From the UHGV virus genome UHGV-0335080: a stretch of DNA of 34,923 bases, one strand, 5' to 3'. Positions 1 through 7,708 of this stretch are shown piece by piece. The notes under the pieces are model-generated. The model saw nothing but the letters and a program-made list of their open reading frames with translations, had not been told where the DNA came from and did no database searches. Position 1 is the stretch's first letter, and each line of letters begins with the position of its first letter. Source of the stretch: a virus. Both the position numbers and the translations under genes were made by a program.

Positions 1-180
1 TGAACCGTGTTGATACATCAACTGCACCTGATATTGAGTGGCCTACGAACCCTGTCAGGGAGTAATCATTGGGATTATGCCGCAGCACGTCTTAAGCAAG
101 AACGTGCTGCGGTTGGATGGTGAACTTTCGATAGTGCGAGTATTGAATGATTTCCAGCCGTTACCGATTTTACGTGTTAA

Positions 181-429
181 TTAGTGAACAAACCACTCGT
201 CAGCAGACTCCCAGGTATCTTTCAGAGTTTCCTGAACAAAAGTTTTAGCTGAATCTTTATCGGCGGTGCGCGTAACAGAAAGGCCATCGTTGCTGGTAGC
301 TTTTACGATCACCTCTACATCGTCATAACGTTTACTGATGCGTCGGGTTAATTCTTCCTTTAACGCATCCACAGCACCGGTTGGCATTTTAGTCATTTTT
401 TCTTTGGCTATGCAGATTTCAATACGCAT
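181..429 (-). CDS. dinI: DinI-family SOS-response protein (RecA modulator), prophage-associated paralog
   Basis: 82-aa ORF; recalled E. coli DinI shares MRIE..IAK N-terminus, GA.DAL..EL.RRI and C-terminal TWESAD.WFV motifs; two LexA boxes immediately upstream. Confidence 0.85.
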   Translation of the reverse strand: MRIEICIAKEKMTKMPTGAVDALKEELTRRISKRYDDVEVIVKATSNDGLSVTRTADKDSAKTFVQETLKDTWESADEWFVH

Positions 430-442
430 AAAAGTCCCTCTA

Positions 443-490
443 TACTGTGTTTGTATACAGTATCATTTTTAACTGTATGGATAAACAGTG
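443..490. promoter_or_regulatory. Two tandem LexA (SOS) boxes in the dinI-like promoter region
   Basis: TACTGTGTTTGTATACAGTA (443-462) and AACTGTATGGATAAACAGTG (471-490); both fit CTGT-N8-ACAG; located 14-60 nt upstream of the dinI-like start codon. Confidence 0.65.
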
Positions 491-515
491 TCAAGGGTGA
501 AGGAAAGTGATTTTT

Positions 516-584
516 TGGGGCATGCATGGGGCAAAAATATTTGTTGTGGGGCATTTTGGGGCATGATTGGGACACTTTGTTACA
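516..584. repeat. Array of TGGGGCA repeats between dinI-like gene and int 3' end; candidate integrase arm-type sites / att region
   Basis: TGGGGCA at 516, 527, 557, 567; 18-mer TGGGGCATGATTGGGACA (567-584) recurs as TGGGGCATCATTGGGACA at 767-784, inside the int 3' end. Confidence 0.4.
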
Positions 585-720
585 TATGAACTTTGCCGAT
601 TTTTATATGACATGGAAATACAACGCTTTGATTCTTCTAAATAAAAAACATGCTCTTGGGCGTTCTTTAGTGATTTTTAAAAATTCCGTATCACGCAGTT
701 AACATGACGGGTATTAAGGA

Positions 721-2034
721 TTAACTTACTGATTTTAATAAGCCTCTGGTGTCACTTTGGTGACTATGGGGCATCATTGGGACATAATCTGTCAGCTTCT
801 GATTCAGCATTGCGATCTGTTCTGCATTGCTGTCAGTCATCCATGCTCCGTATACATTGAATACCATCTGGGCACTTGCATGGCCCATCTGGCTGGCAAT
901 GAAGCTTGGGTTTGCTCCGGCAGATAATGACCAGCACGCATAAGTGTGTCGTGACTGGTATGCCTTTCGATGCCTGATCCCTGCACGCTTAATGGCTGTT
1001 TCCCATGAGTCACCTACAGAATCGACTTTGTAGACAAAACCTACCTGTTCGCTTTTTCTAACCACTTGAGGGTTAAACACGAAAGTACATTCATGGTTCA
1101 CTGAACGTCTATATTCACGTAGTTGCACCTTGATGTTGTACTGCTTACCCAGTCTTGTCATTTCAGCCTGATTTTTCAGGACACTGATAGCGGGCTGGAT
1201 AAGGTGCACAACCCTGTTTGTGCTTGCTTCAGTTTTCGGTAGAGTGAACTCACCAAGTTTCGTATAATTGCGCCTGATGGTAATTGTTCCTGCCTTCAGA
1301 TCGATATCTTCCCAGGCCAGGGAGACCAGTTCACCGTGACGCATTCCTGTGTACACAGCCAATGACCACAGGTTTTTCGTCTGCTGATGTCGGCAAGCAT
1401 CTATCAGGCGAATAAATTCGTCACGAGTTAGCGGATCTGGCTCTGCCCTGGCTCTTTTAAGAGGCTTAATTCCCTGGAAGGGATTTGCTTCTAAGTAACC
1501 GTGATCTGCAGCAAACTGAAACATTCCAGCGATTGTCGTCATGTAATAATTTACAGTAACGACGCTCCGTCCTTTTGCTGCTACTTTGTTTTTCGTTGAA
1601 TTCTGATACCCGGTAAGCAAATCTTTCCTGATATACAGCAATTCCTCTTTGGTTACCGATGACACCAGTCTACTGCCTCCAATTTTCGGAACCATCGTTC
1701 TTGCAACGGATTCATAGCGATTGAATGCATTTGCAGAGATTTCCATTCGTTTCAGATCCAGCCACTTTTCTTCAAGTTCCTTCACCGTAATTTCTTTTTT
1801 ACTTACCCCAAAAGTCTGAAGGTTGGGGGAGTCAGGGAACTGTGCAGCATAATCAAAGCTTCCTGTGCGGATGGCAAAACATACTGATGTCCGCAGTTCC
1901 CCGGCGATCTTCCTGTTCTTGGCAGTGTCAGGGACACCAAGATTTTCCCTGACACGTTTACCTTTAAAATTAAACCAGATGCGTAATGTGCCGCCGTGGT
2001 TTTCGACGCCTGTTGGATATTTGACTTTATCCAT
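721..2034 (-). CDS. int: Phage integrase, tyrosine site-specific recombinase
   Basis: 437-aa ORF; C-terminal catalytic region with R...HxxR...Y pattern (HSRHTYACW, VFNVYGAWM); GGAGGT RBS; adjacent excisionase; position at prophage end. Confidence 0.9.
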   Translation of the reverse strand: MDKVKYPTGVENHGGTLRIWFNFKGKRVRENLGVPDTAKNRKIAGELRTSVCFAIRTGSFDYAAQFPDSPNLQTFGVSKKEITVKELEEKWLDLKRMEISANAFNRYESVARTMVPKIGGSRLVSSVTKEELLYIRKDLLTGYQNSTKNKVAAKGRSVVTVNYYMTTIAGMFQFAADHGYLEANPFQGIKPLKRARAEPDPLTRDEFIRLIDACRHQQTKNLWSLAVYTGMRHGELVSLAWEDIDLKAGTITIRRNYTKLGEFTLPKTEASTNRVVHLIQPAISVLKNQAEMTRLGKQYNIKVQLREYRRSVNHECTFVFNPQVVRKSEQVGFVYKVDSVGDSWETAIKRAGIRHRKAYQSRHTYACWSLSAGANPSFIASQMGHASAQMVFNVYGAWMTDSNAEQIAMLNQKLTDYVPMMPHSHQSDTRGLLKSVS

Positions 2035-2089
2035 CGATACCTCCAGACGCCCAAGAGCGATACGAGCTTACATATTTCATGATATTAAA

Positions 2090-2326
2090 TCACCTGGGTT
2101 GTTTGTTTTTCATTGAGGCGACCCAGGCATCTATTGCTTTTCTGTTATACATACATTCACTGGAAGGCTTTGGATTACCGTCTGGTGATACGTGAATATA
2201 CTCTCTTCCAACCATCCAGCATTCTTTCCGGGCCCGAAGAATTGTGCCTGGTTTGAGCCCGGTAATTGCGATAAGAACGCTTTCACAAACCCATTCATTG
2301 GGAGCCAGTTGAATCACATTGCCCAT
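2090..2326 (-). CDS. xis: Excisionase-like protein
   Basis: 78-aa ORF immediately upstream of int on same strand; small basic protein resembling lambdoid prophage excisionase-like proteins; GAGGT RBS. Confidence 0.6.
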   Translation of the reverse strand: MGNVIQLAPNEWVCESVLIAITGLKPGTILRARKECWMVGREYIHVSPDGNPKPSSECMYNRKAIDAWVASMKNKQPR

Positions 2327-2334
2327 GTATTACC

Positions 2335-2481
2335 TCACACAACACTCAGCCCACGGCAGTGGCAACACACTTCAAACATTCGCTTCACAACTTCACGACA
2401 GTAGAAGCCGTCAACATCTCGCGTCAGGTCATAGCGATTGCCGTAACGCTGGTGGACCCATCGTTCAAATGCTTTATTCAT
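2335..2481 (-). CDS. Hypothetical small protein (48 aa), Cys-rich C-terminus
   Basis: ORF below the 60-aa track cutoff, translated by hand: MNKAFERWVHQRYGNRYDLTRDVDGFYCREVVKRMFEVCCHCRGLSVV; AAGGAAG RBS; starts 3 nt after upstream gene stop. Confidence 0.3.
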   Translation of the reverse strand: MNKAFERWVHQRYGNRYDLTRDVDGFYCREVVKRMFEVCCHCRGLSVV

Positions 2482-2484
2482 TCT

Positions 2485-2727
2485 TTACTTCCTTTTTATG
2501 GCTCGTAATTTTTTCAGGTGCTTTTCCTGCTCAGTGTCCGCGAGAATTTTGCGGTACTCCTGGTGGTCAATATGTTCGAACAGGCAGTTTAACTCACCAA
2601 TGCGTACCCGCCCGGATCGTCCGTCCATCCGTCGAAAGAACACTGAGTGCTCAGTGATGCGAGTAATCACCACGGGGTATCCGGCTCTGTCCGTGTATAT
2701 CTGACCGCGTTGAATCAAAGCGAACAT
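2485..2727 (-). CDS. Hypothetical prophage protein (possibly DUF4222-like)
   Basis: Track ORF 2485..2781 trimmed to internal Met (MFALIQRGQ...); the upstream MRWRWRWW extension looks like translation of a repetitive noncoding stretch. Confidence 0.5.
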   Translation of the reverse strand: MFALIQRGQIYTDRAGYPVVITRITEHSVFFRRMDGRSGRVRIGELNCLFEHIDHQEYRKILADTEQEKHLKKLRAIKRK

Positions 2728-2811
2728 GTGGTTATCCCCAGCGGCAAATCGAATACACCACCAGCGCCACCGCCATCGCAATTCCTACCGTTGTTAATGC
2801 TTCAGGCCAGG

Positions 2812-3156
2812 TCATCGTAAAATATCCTCCACGCTCATCAGTCCGTTCCGCTCCAGATAACTCATCGCCTTATCCGGTAATTTGCAGTCTGGCTTCGCTT
2901 TCCTCAGTTGCCAGGTTAACTGCTTTACCAGCATGGTTAACTCATCGACCAGACGCTGATATCCCACTGGTTTGTATTCATGCAATTTACCGGCTGGCTC
3001 TGCTGCCAGCGATACCAGTGCGATTTCCAGAACAGCAATATCCATCTTATATGTGCGGATGATGTCATGGTCGATTGTGCCCGGTATGCACAGTCTCTGT
3101 GCTTCAATAGTCTCCTCTGCGTGAGCTATTAACTGCTCTCTGGTAAAAGTCGTCAT
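2812..3156 (-). CDS. Hypothetical early-left operon protein (114 aa)
   Basis: Track ORF; start overlaps stop of upstream gene (ATGA); no recognised domain. Confidence 0.6.
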   Translation of the reverse strand: MTTFTREQLIAHAEETIEAQRLCIPGTIDHDIIRTYKMDIAVLEIALVSLAAEPAGKLHEYKPVGYQRLVDELTMLVKQLTWQLRKAKPDCKLPDKAMSYLERNGLMSVEDILR

Positions 3157-3320
3157 GCCGTAGCCCCTTCTTGATATTTTTCAAACCAGAACACAACCGG
3201 CTCTGCTTCCAGCGATACCAGCGCAATCCGTGCCAGTTCCATTTGTTCACCACGGGTAAGCCCGTTTTCAAGCGGATTTTTAATGAACAATTCAATACGT
3301 TCTTTGGTAATAGTGGTCAT
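3153..3320 (-). CDS. Hypothetical protein (55 aa); paralog of N-terminal module of 3596..4006 gene
   Basis: Hand-translated: [62 protein letters not shown]; about 85% nt identity to 3872-4006. Confidence 0.5.
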   Translation of the reverse strand: MTTITKERIELFIKNPLENGLTRGEQMELARIALVSLEAEPVVFWFEKYQEGATA

Positions 3321-3330
3321 GTGTTACTCC

Positions 3331-3594
3331 TTAACCCGCAGTGCTTTCAACTGATGAGGGGAACAAAATCTTTTCATCAAACCCTGCATTCATATCATGG
3401 ACAGCAACACACCAATCCATTGACGAACGATTATCAAGAGCCTCCATGATTTCATCCATGCGGCGCAGGTCATACAGGTAAATGCTTTTATCGCCAATGG
3501 TGTAAAAACCAATTTTTTTCGGTGATGGGCAGCGATCAAGAACGTCCTGTAATTCGTTCAACCATGCCCGTTCTTTTTTTGTTAAAGTTGCCAT
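3331..3594 (-). CDS. Hypothetical protein (87 aa)
   Basis: Track ORF 3331..3705 trimmed to Met preceded by AAGGAGAGTGA RBS (MATLTKKERAWLNEL...). Confidence 0.55.
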   Translation of the reverse strand: MATLTKKERAWLNELQDVLDRCPSPKKIGFYTIGDKSIYLYDLRRMDEIMEALDNRSSMDWCVAVHDMNAGFDEKILFPSSVESTAG

Positions 3595-3595
3595 A

Positions 3596-4006
3596 TCACT
3601 CTCCTTTCCCATGAAGCATAGCGGCGCGGCAGGCGTTCCAGCCTGTAGCGTATGCAGCCGCTTTGCTGCTGCCTTCAACTGGCGCATCCTGCCAATACAT
3701 TTCATCCGGCACTACCGGCGCTGGCAAGGCAGCGTGATAGTAGAGTGGCATAGTTTTGTACAGTGGTTCGCCAGGACTTCCGTCAACCTGATTCCATTCT
3801 TCAACCCAGGCATCAACAACCGCTTTGCTGGTTGATACATGTTCTTCTGAATCTACATTTTGTCCTGATATACAGAACATAACTGCCTCTGCTTCCAGCG
3901 ATGCCAGAGCAATTCGTGCCAGTTCCATTTGTTCGCCACGAGTAAGTCCGTTATCAAGCGGATTTTTAATGAATAATTTGATACGTTCTTTGGTTATAGC
4001 GTTCAT
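3596..4006 (-). CDS. Hypothetical protein (136 aa) with duplicated N-terminal module
   Basis: Track ORF 3596..4048 trimmed to MNAITKERIKLF... preceded by AAGGAGAGTGA RBS; N-terminal 35 aa paralogous to 3153..3320 product. Confidence 0.6.
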   Translation of the reverse strand: MNAITKERIKLFIKNPLDNGLTRGEQMELARIALASLEAEAVMFCISGQNVDSEEHVSTSKAVVDAWVEEWNQVDGSPGEPLYKTMPLYYHAALPAPVVPDEMYWQDAPVEGSSKAAAYATGWNACRAAMLHGKGE

Positions 4007-4007
4007 C

Positions 4008-4823
4008 TCACTCTCCTTTGATGCGAATGCCAGTAGCGCGGATTGCATCGATGACTTCAGAAACTTTGTATGCCATTACCGTTTGGTAATCATCGTGAAA
4101 ATCTGTTCGATGAAGCATGCTGCTACGTTCCGGGAGCGATATTTCCCGAGCATCCAGTTCCTTAACGCGCTCCTCCAGTTCGTAGACCCTGCATTGTTCT
4201 CTATCATCAATCAGATATAACCCAAGACATTCGCTTTCTACCCAACCGCCAAAATCATGATCGTAACGCTCACATGAAAACTCACCGTCACCGTCCTTTG
4301 TTGGAATGGTGTAACTATCTAATGGGCCACCATATGTCGGCACATTTCCCAATGTTGGATGCTCAATCCACATGAAAAATGCACGTCCGGTTATTGGGCA
4401 AATATCTGGCCGCCATTGGTTACGAACAGCCTTGGTTTCGGATAATTCTTCAGCGTGTTGTTTTACTTCCTCAAGCTCAACTCTCAGCTTCCCAACCGTA
4501 AGAGCAATATCCTCGTTCTTCTGGTCGCGGCGTTTGATGTATTGCTGGTTTCTTTCCAGCTCATCCAGCAGCGCCAAGACGGTAGCCGGATTGGCTGCAG
4601 CGATGAATTCAGCATTGGCCTGCTGTTCCATTTGGAAATCTTCATCGAAACCGCTTTCAGGATGCGCTCCTTCAATTCTGCAAATGGGAATATATCCAGC
4701 AGCCTCGCGATGAATTAGCGCATCATCACCATCAAATCGGCCCGATCCATATTCGAGCGACCACTCACCACACGTTGCTTTCTCTGCCTTTTCACGCAGT
4801 GCCTGATAGTCAATCTTGCTCAC
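4008..4823 (-). CDS. Hypothetical acidic coiled-coil protein (271 aa), possibly Ead/Ea22-like early protein
   Basis: Track ORF; GTG start with AAGGAGG RBS; central coiled-coil-like stretch; family assignment is from memory and weak. Confidence 0.6.
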   Translation of the reverse strand: MSKIDYQALREKAEKATCGEWSLEYGSGRFDGDDALIHREAAGYIPICRIEGAHPESGFDEDFQMEQQANAEFIAAANPATVLALLDELERNQQYIKRRDQKNEDIALTVGKLRVELEEVKQHAEELSETKAVRNQWRPDICPITGRAFFMWIEHPTLGNVPTYGGPLDSYTIPTKDGDGEFSCERYDHDFGGWVESECLGLYLIDDREQCRVYELEERVKELDAREISLPERSSMLHRTDFHDDYQTVMAYKVSEVIDAIRATGIRIKGE

Positions 4824-5124
4824 TGGTTGCCTCCTTTGCCGGGATTTCTAACTTTTGAGTGGTTGTATCAAATTCAAACAACTTAACCACGTCATCAAAC
4901 AGGACATAATCACCATCAGGATCTTCAGTCATATCTGCGCCACAATCCTGACCGCACGAGTCGCAACCATCCATATCAAGCTCGTATCGCTTCAGGTTTG
5001 CGATATTTGATAAATTCAGCGCCAGTACAGCCAGGTCATAAACCTCTTCGGCAGTGACATCGCTGTTCAGTCCCATTTCATGGCGATATATGATTTTTTC
5101 TACTCGTTGTTTTGTGATCGTCAT
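4810..5124 (-). CDS. Hypothetical acidic protein (104 aa) with CxxC..C cluster
   Basis: Track ORF 4810..5148 trimmed to MTITKQ...; DGCDSCGQDCGAD motif; overlaps upstream gene 3' end. Confidence 0.5.
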   Translation of the reverse strand: MTITKQRVEKIIYRHEMGLNSDVTAEEVYDLAVLALNLSNIANLKRYELDMDGCDSCGQDCGADMTEDPDGDYVLFDDVVKLFEFDTTTQKLEIPAKEATSEQD

Positions 5125-5272
5125 TTTTCTCTTCACTCCGATATACAAGGATTACCACACCCCCTCTGCTGATTGCGCGAGCTGGATCCCCTGGTTCCAT
5201 GCCGTCAATTCCGAAGGCTTCGGAAAACGCATTCATTGCCTTCTGGCGTTCATCCTGCTTACGGCGTTTATT

Positions 5273-5395
5273 CTATTTTTTCAGGAACAACAGCGACAGC
5301 CACCGTCCGCTGCAGAACACGATGTAAAAATAACCAAGGAGCGCCAGGCCGACATTCAGGGCCGTTTCTATGGTTAGTTGTGAGTCAGTTGCCAT
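5273..5395 (-). CDS. Putative small hydrophobic peptide (40 aa)
   Basis: Hand-translated MATDSQLTIETALNVGLALLGYFYIVFCSGRWLSLLFLKK; overlaps 3' end of upstream wHTH gene; below ORF-track cutoff. Confidence 0.25.
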   Translation of the reverse strand: MATDSQLTIETALNVGLALLGYFYIVFCSGRWLSLLFLKK

Positions 5396-5633
5396 TTCTT
5401 ACCTGTTTAAGTAACTGGTTGAACATAACACTTAGGGGATTGCTGTATCCAAACGGCAGATTGTTTACGCAGTACAGAATCATTTTGTTTTTTTCTCCAG
5501 TTCGTACTATTAACCCATTCCACAATAACCGTGATAATTCATTACTGATAGAAGTTGCGCTTCTTCCAAGTGCGAGGGATATATCTTCTCTACTGCAATC
5601 TGGATTTTCCTGGATATACTCGATAACGGTCAT
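5385..5633 (-). CDS. Small winged-helix-like DNA-binding protein (82 aa)
   Basis: Track ORF 5385..5675 trimmed to MTVIEYIQENPDCSREDISLALGRSATSISNELSRLLWNGLIVR, an HTH/wHTH-like pattern. Confidence 0.5.
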   Translation of the reverse strand: MTVIEYIQENPDCSREDISLALGRSATSISNELSRLLWNGLIVRTGEKNKMILYCVNNLPFGYSNPLSVMFNQLLKQVRNGN

Positions 5634-5643
5634 GTGGTCCCTT

Positions 5644-6225
5644 TTACTTAATATCTGTTTCGGATTGCATGCCATGAGTATTCATTTCGTTAATAATTTC
5701 ATCCAGAAGGATTTCAAGCCCTTCTCGACCCATATCTGAAAGAATGAAACCTTTATCAGGGGAAGTAGTGAGCATTTTCTGATAAAGAAACAGCGCTCTT
5801 CCCATTCCTTCAGCTTCGCCGTATTTTTGAATTAAATTCCATTCAATATACTGTTGTAAGGCAAATCGAATGGGGCCGGGATATATCGTCATAAACCCAT
5901 ACATCCCGTTATATACCACGGCGTGTTCAGTTGTTCCGTGTTCATTCAGGATATCAATTGTGCCGTTCTTGTCTTCTTCTTCGTTGATGAATGTCGTCAC
6001 ATACAACCATCGCCACTGAGCAACCTTCATCTCAACCGGAAGTTTACCCAGTAATCCTGCTTCGTCGGCTTGCGCCAGACACTGAAGGATACGTAAACCT
6101 CGCACATTAGGAGTATCGAATTCTCCGGCATCCAGACGACGTATGGCGTCGTGATAATCAATCGTCATACTGCCAGTTCGTATACCATTGGCTGTTGCTT
6201 CAGCCTGGAATTCATCGTATTGCAT
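5644..6225 (-). CDS. Hypothetical protein (193 aa)
   Basis: Track ORF; GAGGA RBS; no recognised domain. Confidence 0.65.
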   Translation of the reverse strand: MQYDEFQAEATANGIRTGSMTIDYHDAIRRLDAGEFDTPNVRGLRILQCLAQADEAGLLGKLPVEMKVAQWRWLYVTTFINEEEDKNGTIDILNEHGTTEHAVVYNGMYGFMTIYPGPIRFALQQYIEWNLIQKYGEAEGMGRALFLYQKMLTTSPDKGFILSDMGREGLEILLDEIINEMNTHGMQSETDIK

Positions 6226-6230
6226 GATAT

Positions 6231-6413
6231 TTATTCCTCATCTTCATCTGCTGGTGCAATAACGTCATATCCTGCCTTTTCTGCAATAAACAGGAATGTT
6301 GAAAGAGTTCCTACAAGTTCATCGTCATGAACATGGCGAATGAATATTACTTTCCCGTTTTTGATGGTCAGCAATACTCTGGTTTGTTCGTGTTCTGCTG
6401 TTTTCTGATGCAT
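6231..6413 (-). CDS. Hypothetical small acidic protein (60 aa)
   Basis: Track ORF; GGGAGA RBS. Confidence 0.45.
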   Translation of the reverse strand: MHQKTAEHEQTRVLLTIKNGKVIFIRHVHDDELVGTLSTFLFIAEKAGYDVIAPADEDEE

Positions 6414-6607
6414 TATTATCTCCCGTATGCTTTACGCAGAAATAAGCAGGCAATATGCATGTAATTTTCACCGTATTGTGCAATAAGGCAGGCGGTCTTG
6501 TGTGATGCCATATTCTTTATAAAAGTCACAATAAAGCCTCCTGTGGATTAAGGTTGTAACAATCCCCGGCGATAAAACCGCAATAAACGTTCAGGGCATA
6601 TTTGTTG

Positions 6608-6973
6608 TTATTGCGCTAATTCTTTTTCGGCAGCAGCTTTTGTATACTCACATGCAAAATTCAGAATTTCGCTGCCGAGTGTTTTCGTTTCGTGATTACT
6701 GGACATATGTAATACCTGTGTTGCATGCAATAAATGATAAACATTTACCGCAAATGAATCAGGCTCCAGGCAAATGCCTTCGTAATTATCTTGCTGTGAG
6801 GTTGTTTCTGTCATTGCTCCTGAAGTGCATACGAGCCTGTTTTTGACAATTCTCTTTTCTCTAATCACTATATCGGCAACATCTATTGCCTTTACAACCT
6901 CCGGGAGAAGTTCCGGGTTTGTATAATCAAAGTCATCAACATGGAGAACAGTTATGTTTTCGAACTTTTTCAT
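6608..6973 (-). CDS. Hypothetical protein (121 aa)
   Basis: Track ORF; GAGGA RBS 4 nt upstream of ATG; separated from neighbours by intergenic gaps, unlike the coupled operon to its left. Confidence 0.6.
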   Translation of the reverse strand: MKKFENITVLHVDDFDYTNPELLPEVVKAIDVADIVIREKRIVKNRLVCTSGAMTETTSQQDNYEGICLEPDSFAVNVYHLLHATQVLHMSSNHETKTLGSEILNFACEYTKAAAEKELAQ

Positions 6974-7101
6974 GGTTTCCTCAGCTGACTTATATGTTCT
7001 GCTATATAGCGAGTCTCAGAAGTGTTTTCATATTAAGACTGTTTCCGCAATGATTGATAAAAATGTTCGCATGTACCTTGAGGGGCGAAGCGGCGATTAT
7101 G

Positions 7102-7605
7102 TCACCATTGGTATTGGTTCTTCCGTAGAAGAGCTTCGCGAGATAAGGGGCAAACTTGTTGAGATGCGTCATGGTGTTGCTGCTCCTCACTTTTTGGTTG
7201 CTCCGGAGGAGTAACCTCACCAGTTAACAGCCACATCGCATCGCAGCCAAGAATATTTGCCAGTGGGATAAGCATACTGATAGTTGGTTCATACTCTCCG
7301 CTCTCCCACTGGATGATAATTTCTTCATCGAGATCGAGCAGCCTGGCGAGTTCGGCGGTTGTTAAGCCGCAGGCTTCGCGTTGGGTGCGAAGACGGTTGT
7401 TGATTGCAGAATTTTTGTTCTGTAAAAGCATTGCTGACGATAGCTTTCTGGATATGCTATTTGTCATATCCCATGCCAGTCCTGCGCATGACTCTATATC
7501 GCTAGAGAGCGTAGCATCAGGTGTTGCTTTTGCTATTAGTGTAATGAGGCTGCCGAGGTTTTTCAGTTCTTCGAGACAGTCAAGAGTTGTAGCTTTATTG
7601 ATCAT
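7102..7605 (-). CDS. HTH (XRE-family) domain protein, 167 aa, first gene downstream of cI
   Basis: Central HTH motif (LRTQREACGLTTAELARLLDLDEEIIIQWESGEYEPTISMLIPLANILGCDAMWLLTGE); GAGGT RBS; start overlapped by operator-like inverted repeat. Confidence 0.7.
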   Translation of the reverse strand: MINKATTLDCLEELKNLGSLITLIAKATPDATLSSDIESCAGLAWDMTNSISRKLSSAMLLQNKNSAINNRLRTQREACGLTTAELARLLDLDEEIIIQWESGEYEPTISMLIPLANILGCDAMWLLTGEVTPPEQPKSEEQQHHDASQQVCPLSREALLRKNQYQW

Positions 7606-7610
7606 GAGAT

Positions 7611-7690
7611 GATACCTCAGTTACGAACTTTGTTTTATGGTAACTAAGGTATCAAGGCGTGGCAAGTAATTTTTGATACTTTGGTTTCTT
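7611..7690. promoter_or_regulatory. Operator-like site cluster (OL-like) downstream of cI, with candidate leftward promoter
   Basis: TGATACCTCAGTTAC (7611-7625) and its inverted copy GTAACTAAGGTATCA (7642-7656), plus TGATACTTTGGTTTC (7676-7690); possible TTGCCA-N17-TACCAT on minus strand. Confidence 0.4.
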
Positions 7691-7708
7691 TTTGTGTTTT
7701 GTGTCTGG

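Noticed and set aside
1-123. Possible 3' end of a plus-strand gene at the window start (frame ending TGA at 121-123)
   Set aside because: No ATG and too short to evaluate; the only nearby structure is a GCAGCACG...CGTGCTGC hairpin without a T-tract.
2728-2781. N-terminal extension MRWRWRWWCIRFAAGDNH of track ORF 2485..2781
   Set aside because: Looks like translation of a repetitive noncoding stretch; the internal Met at 2727 gives a more credible 80-aa protein.
5173-5739. 188-aa plus-strand ORF, and 107-aa plus-strand ORF 5054..5377
   Set aside because: Antisense to the coupled minus-strand early operon, hydrophobic low-complexity translation, no RBS; considered spurious.
6954-7214. 86-aa plus-strand ORF bridging the gap between the 121-aa and 167-aa minus-strand genes
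   Set aside because: Overlaps the 3' end of the HTH gene in antisense and lacks a convincing RBS; possible but unsupported, so not listed as a feature.
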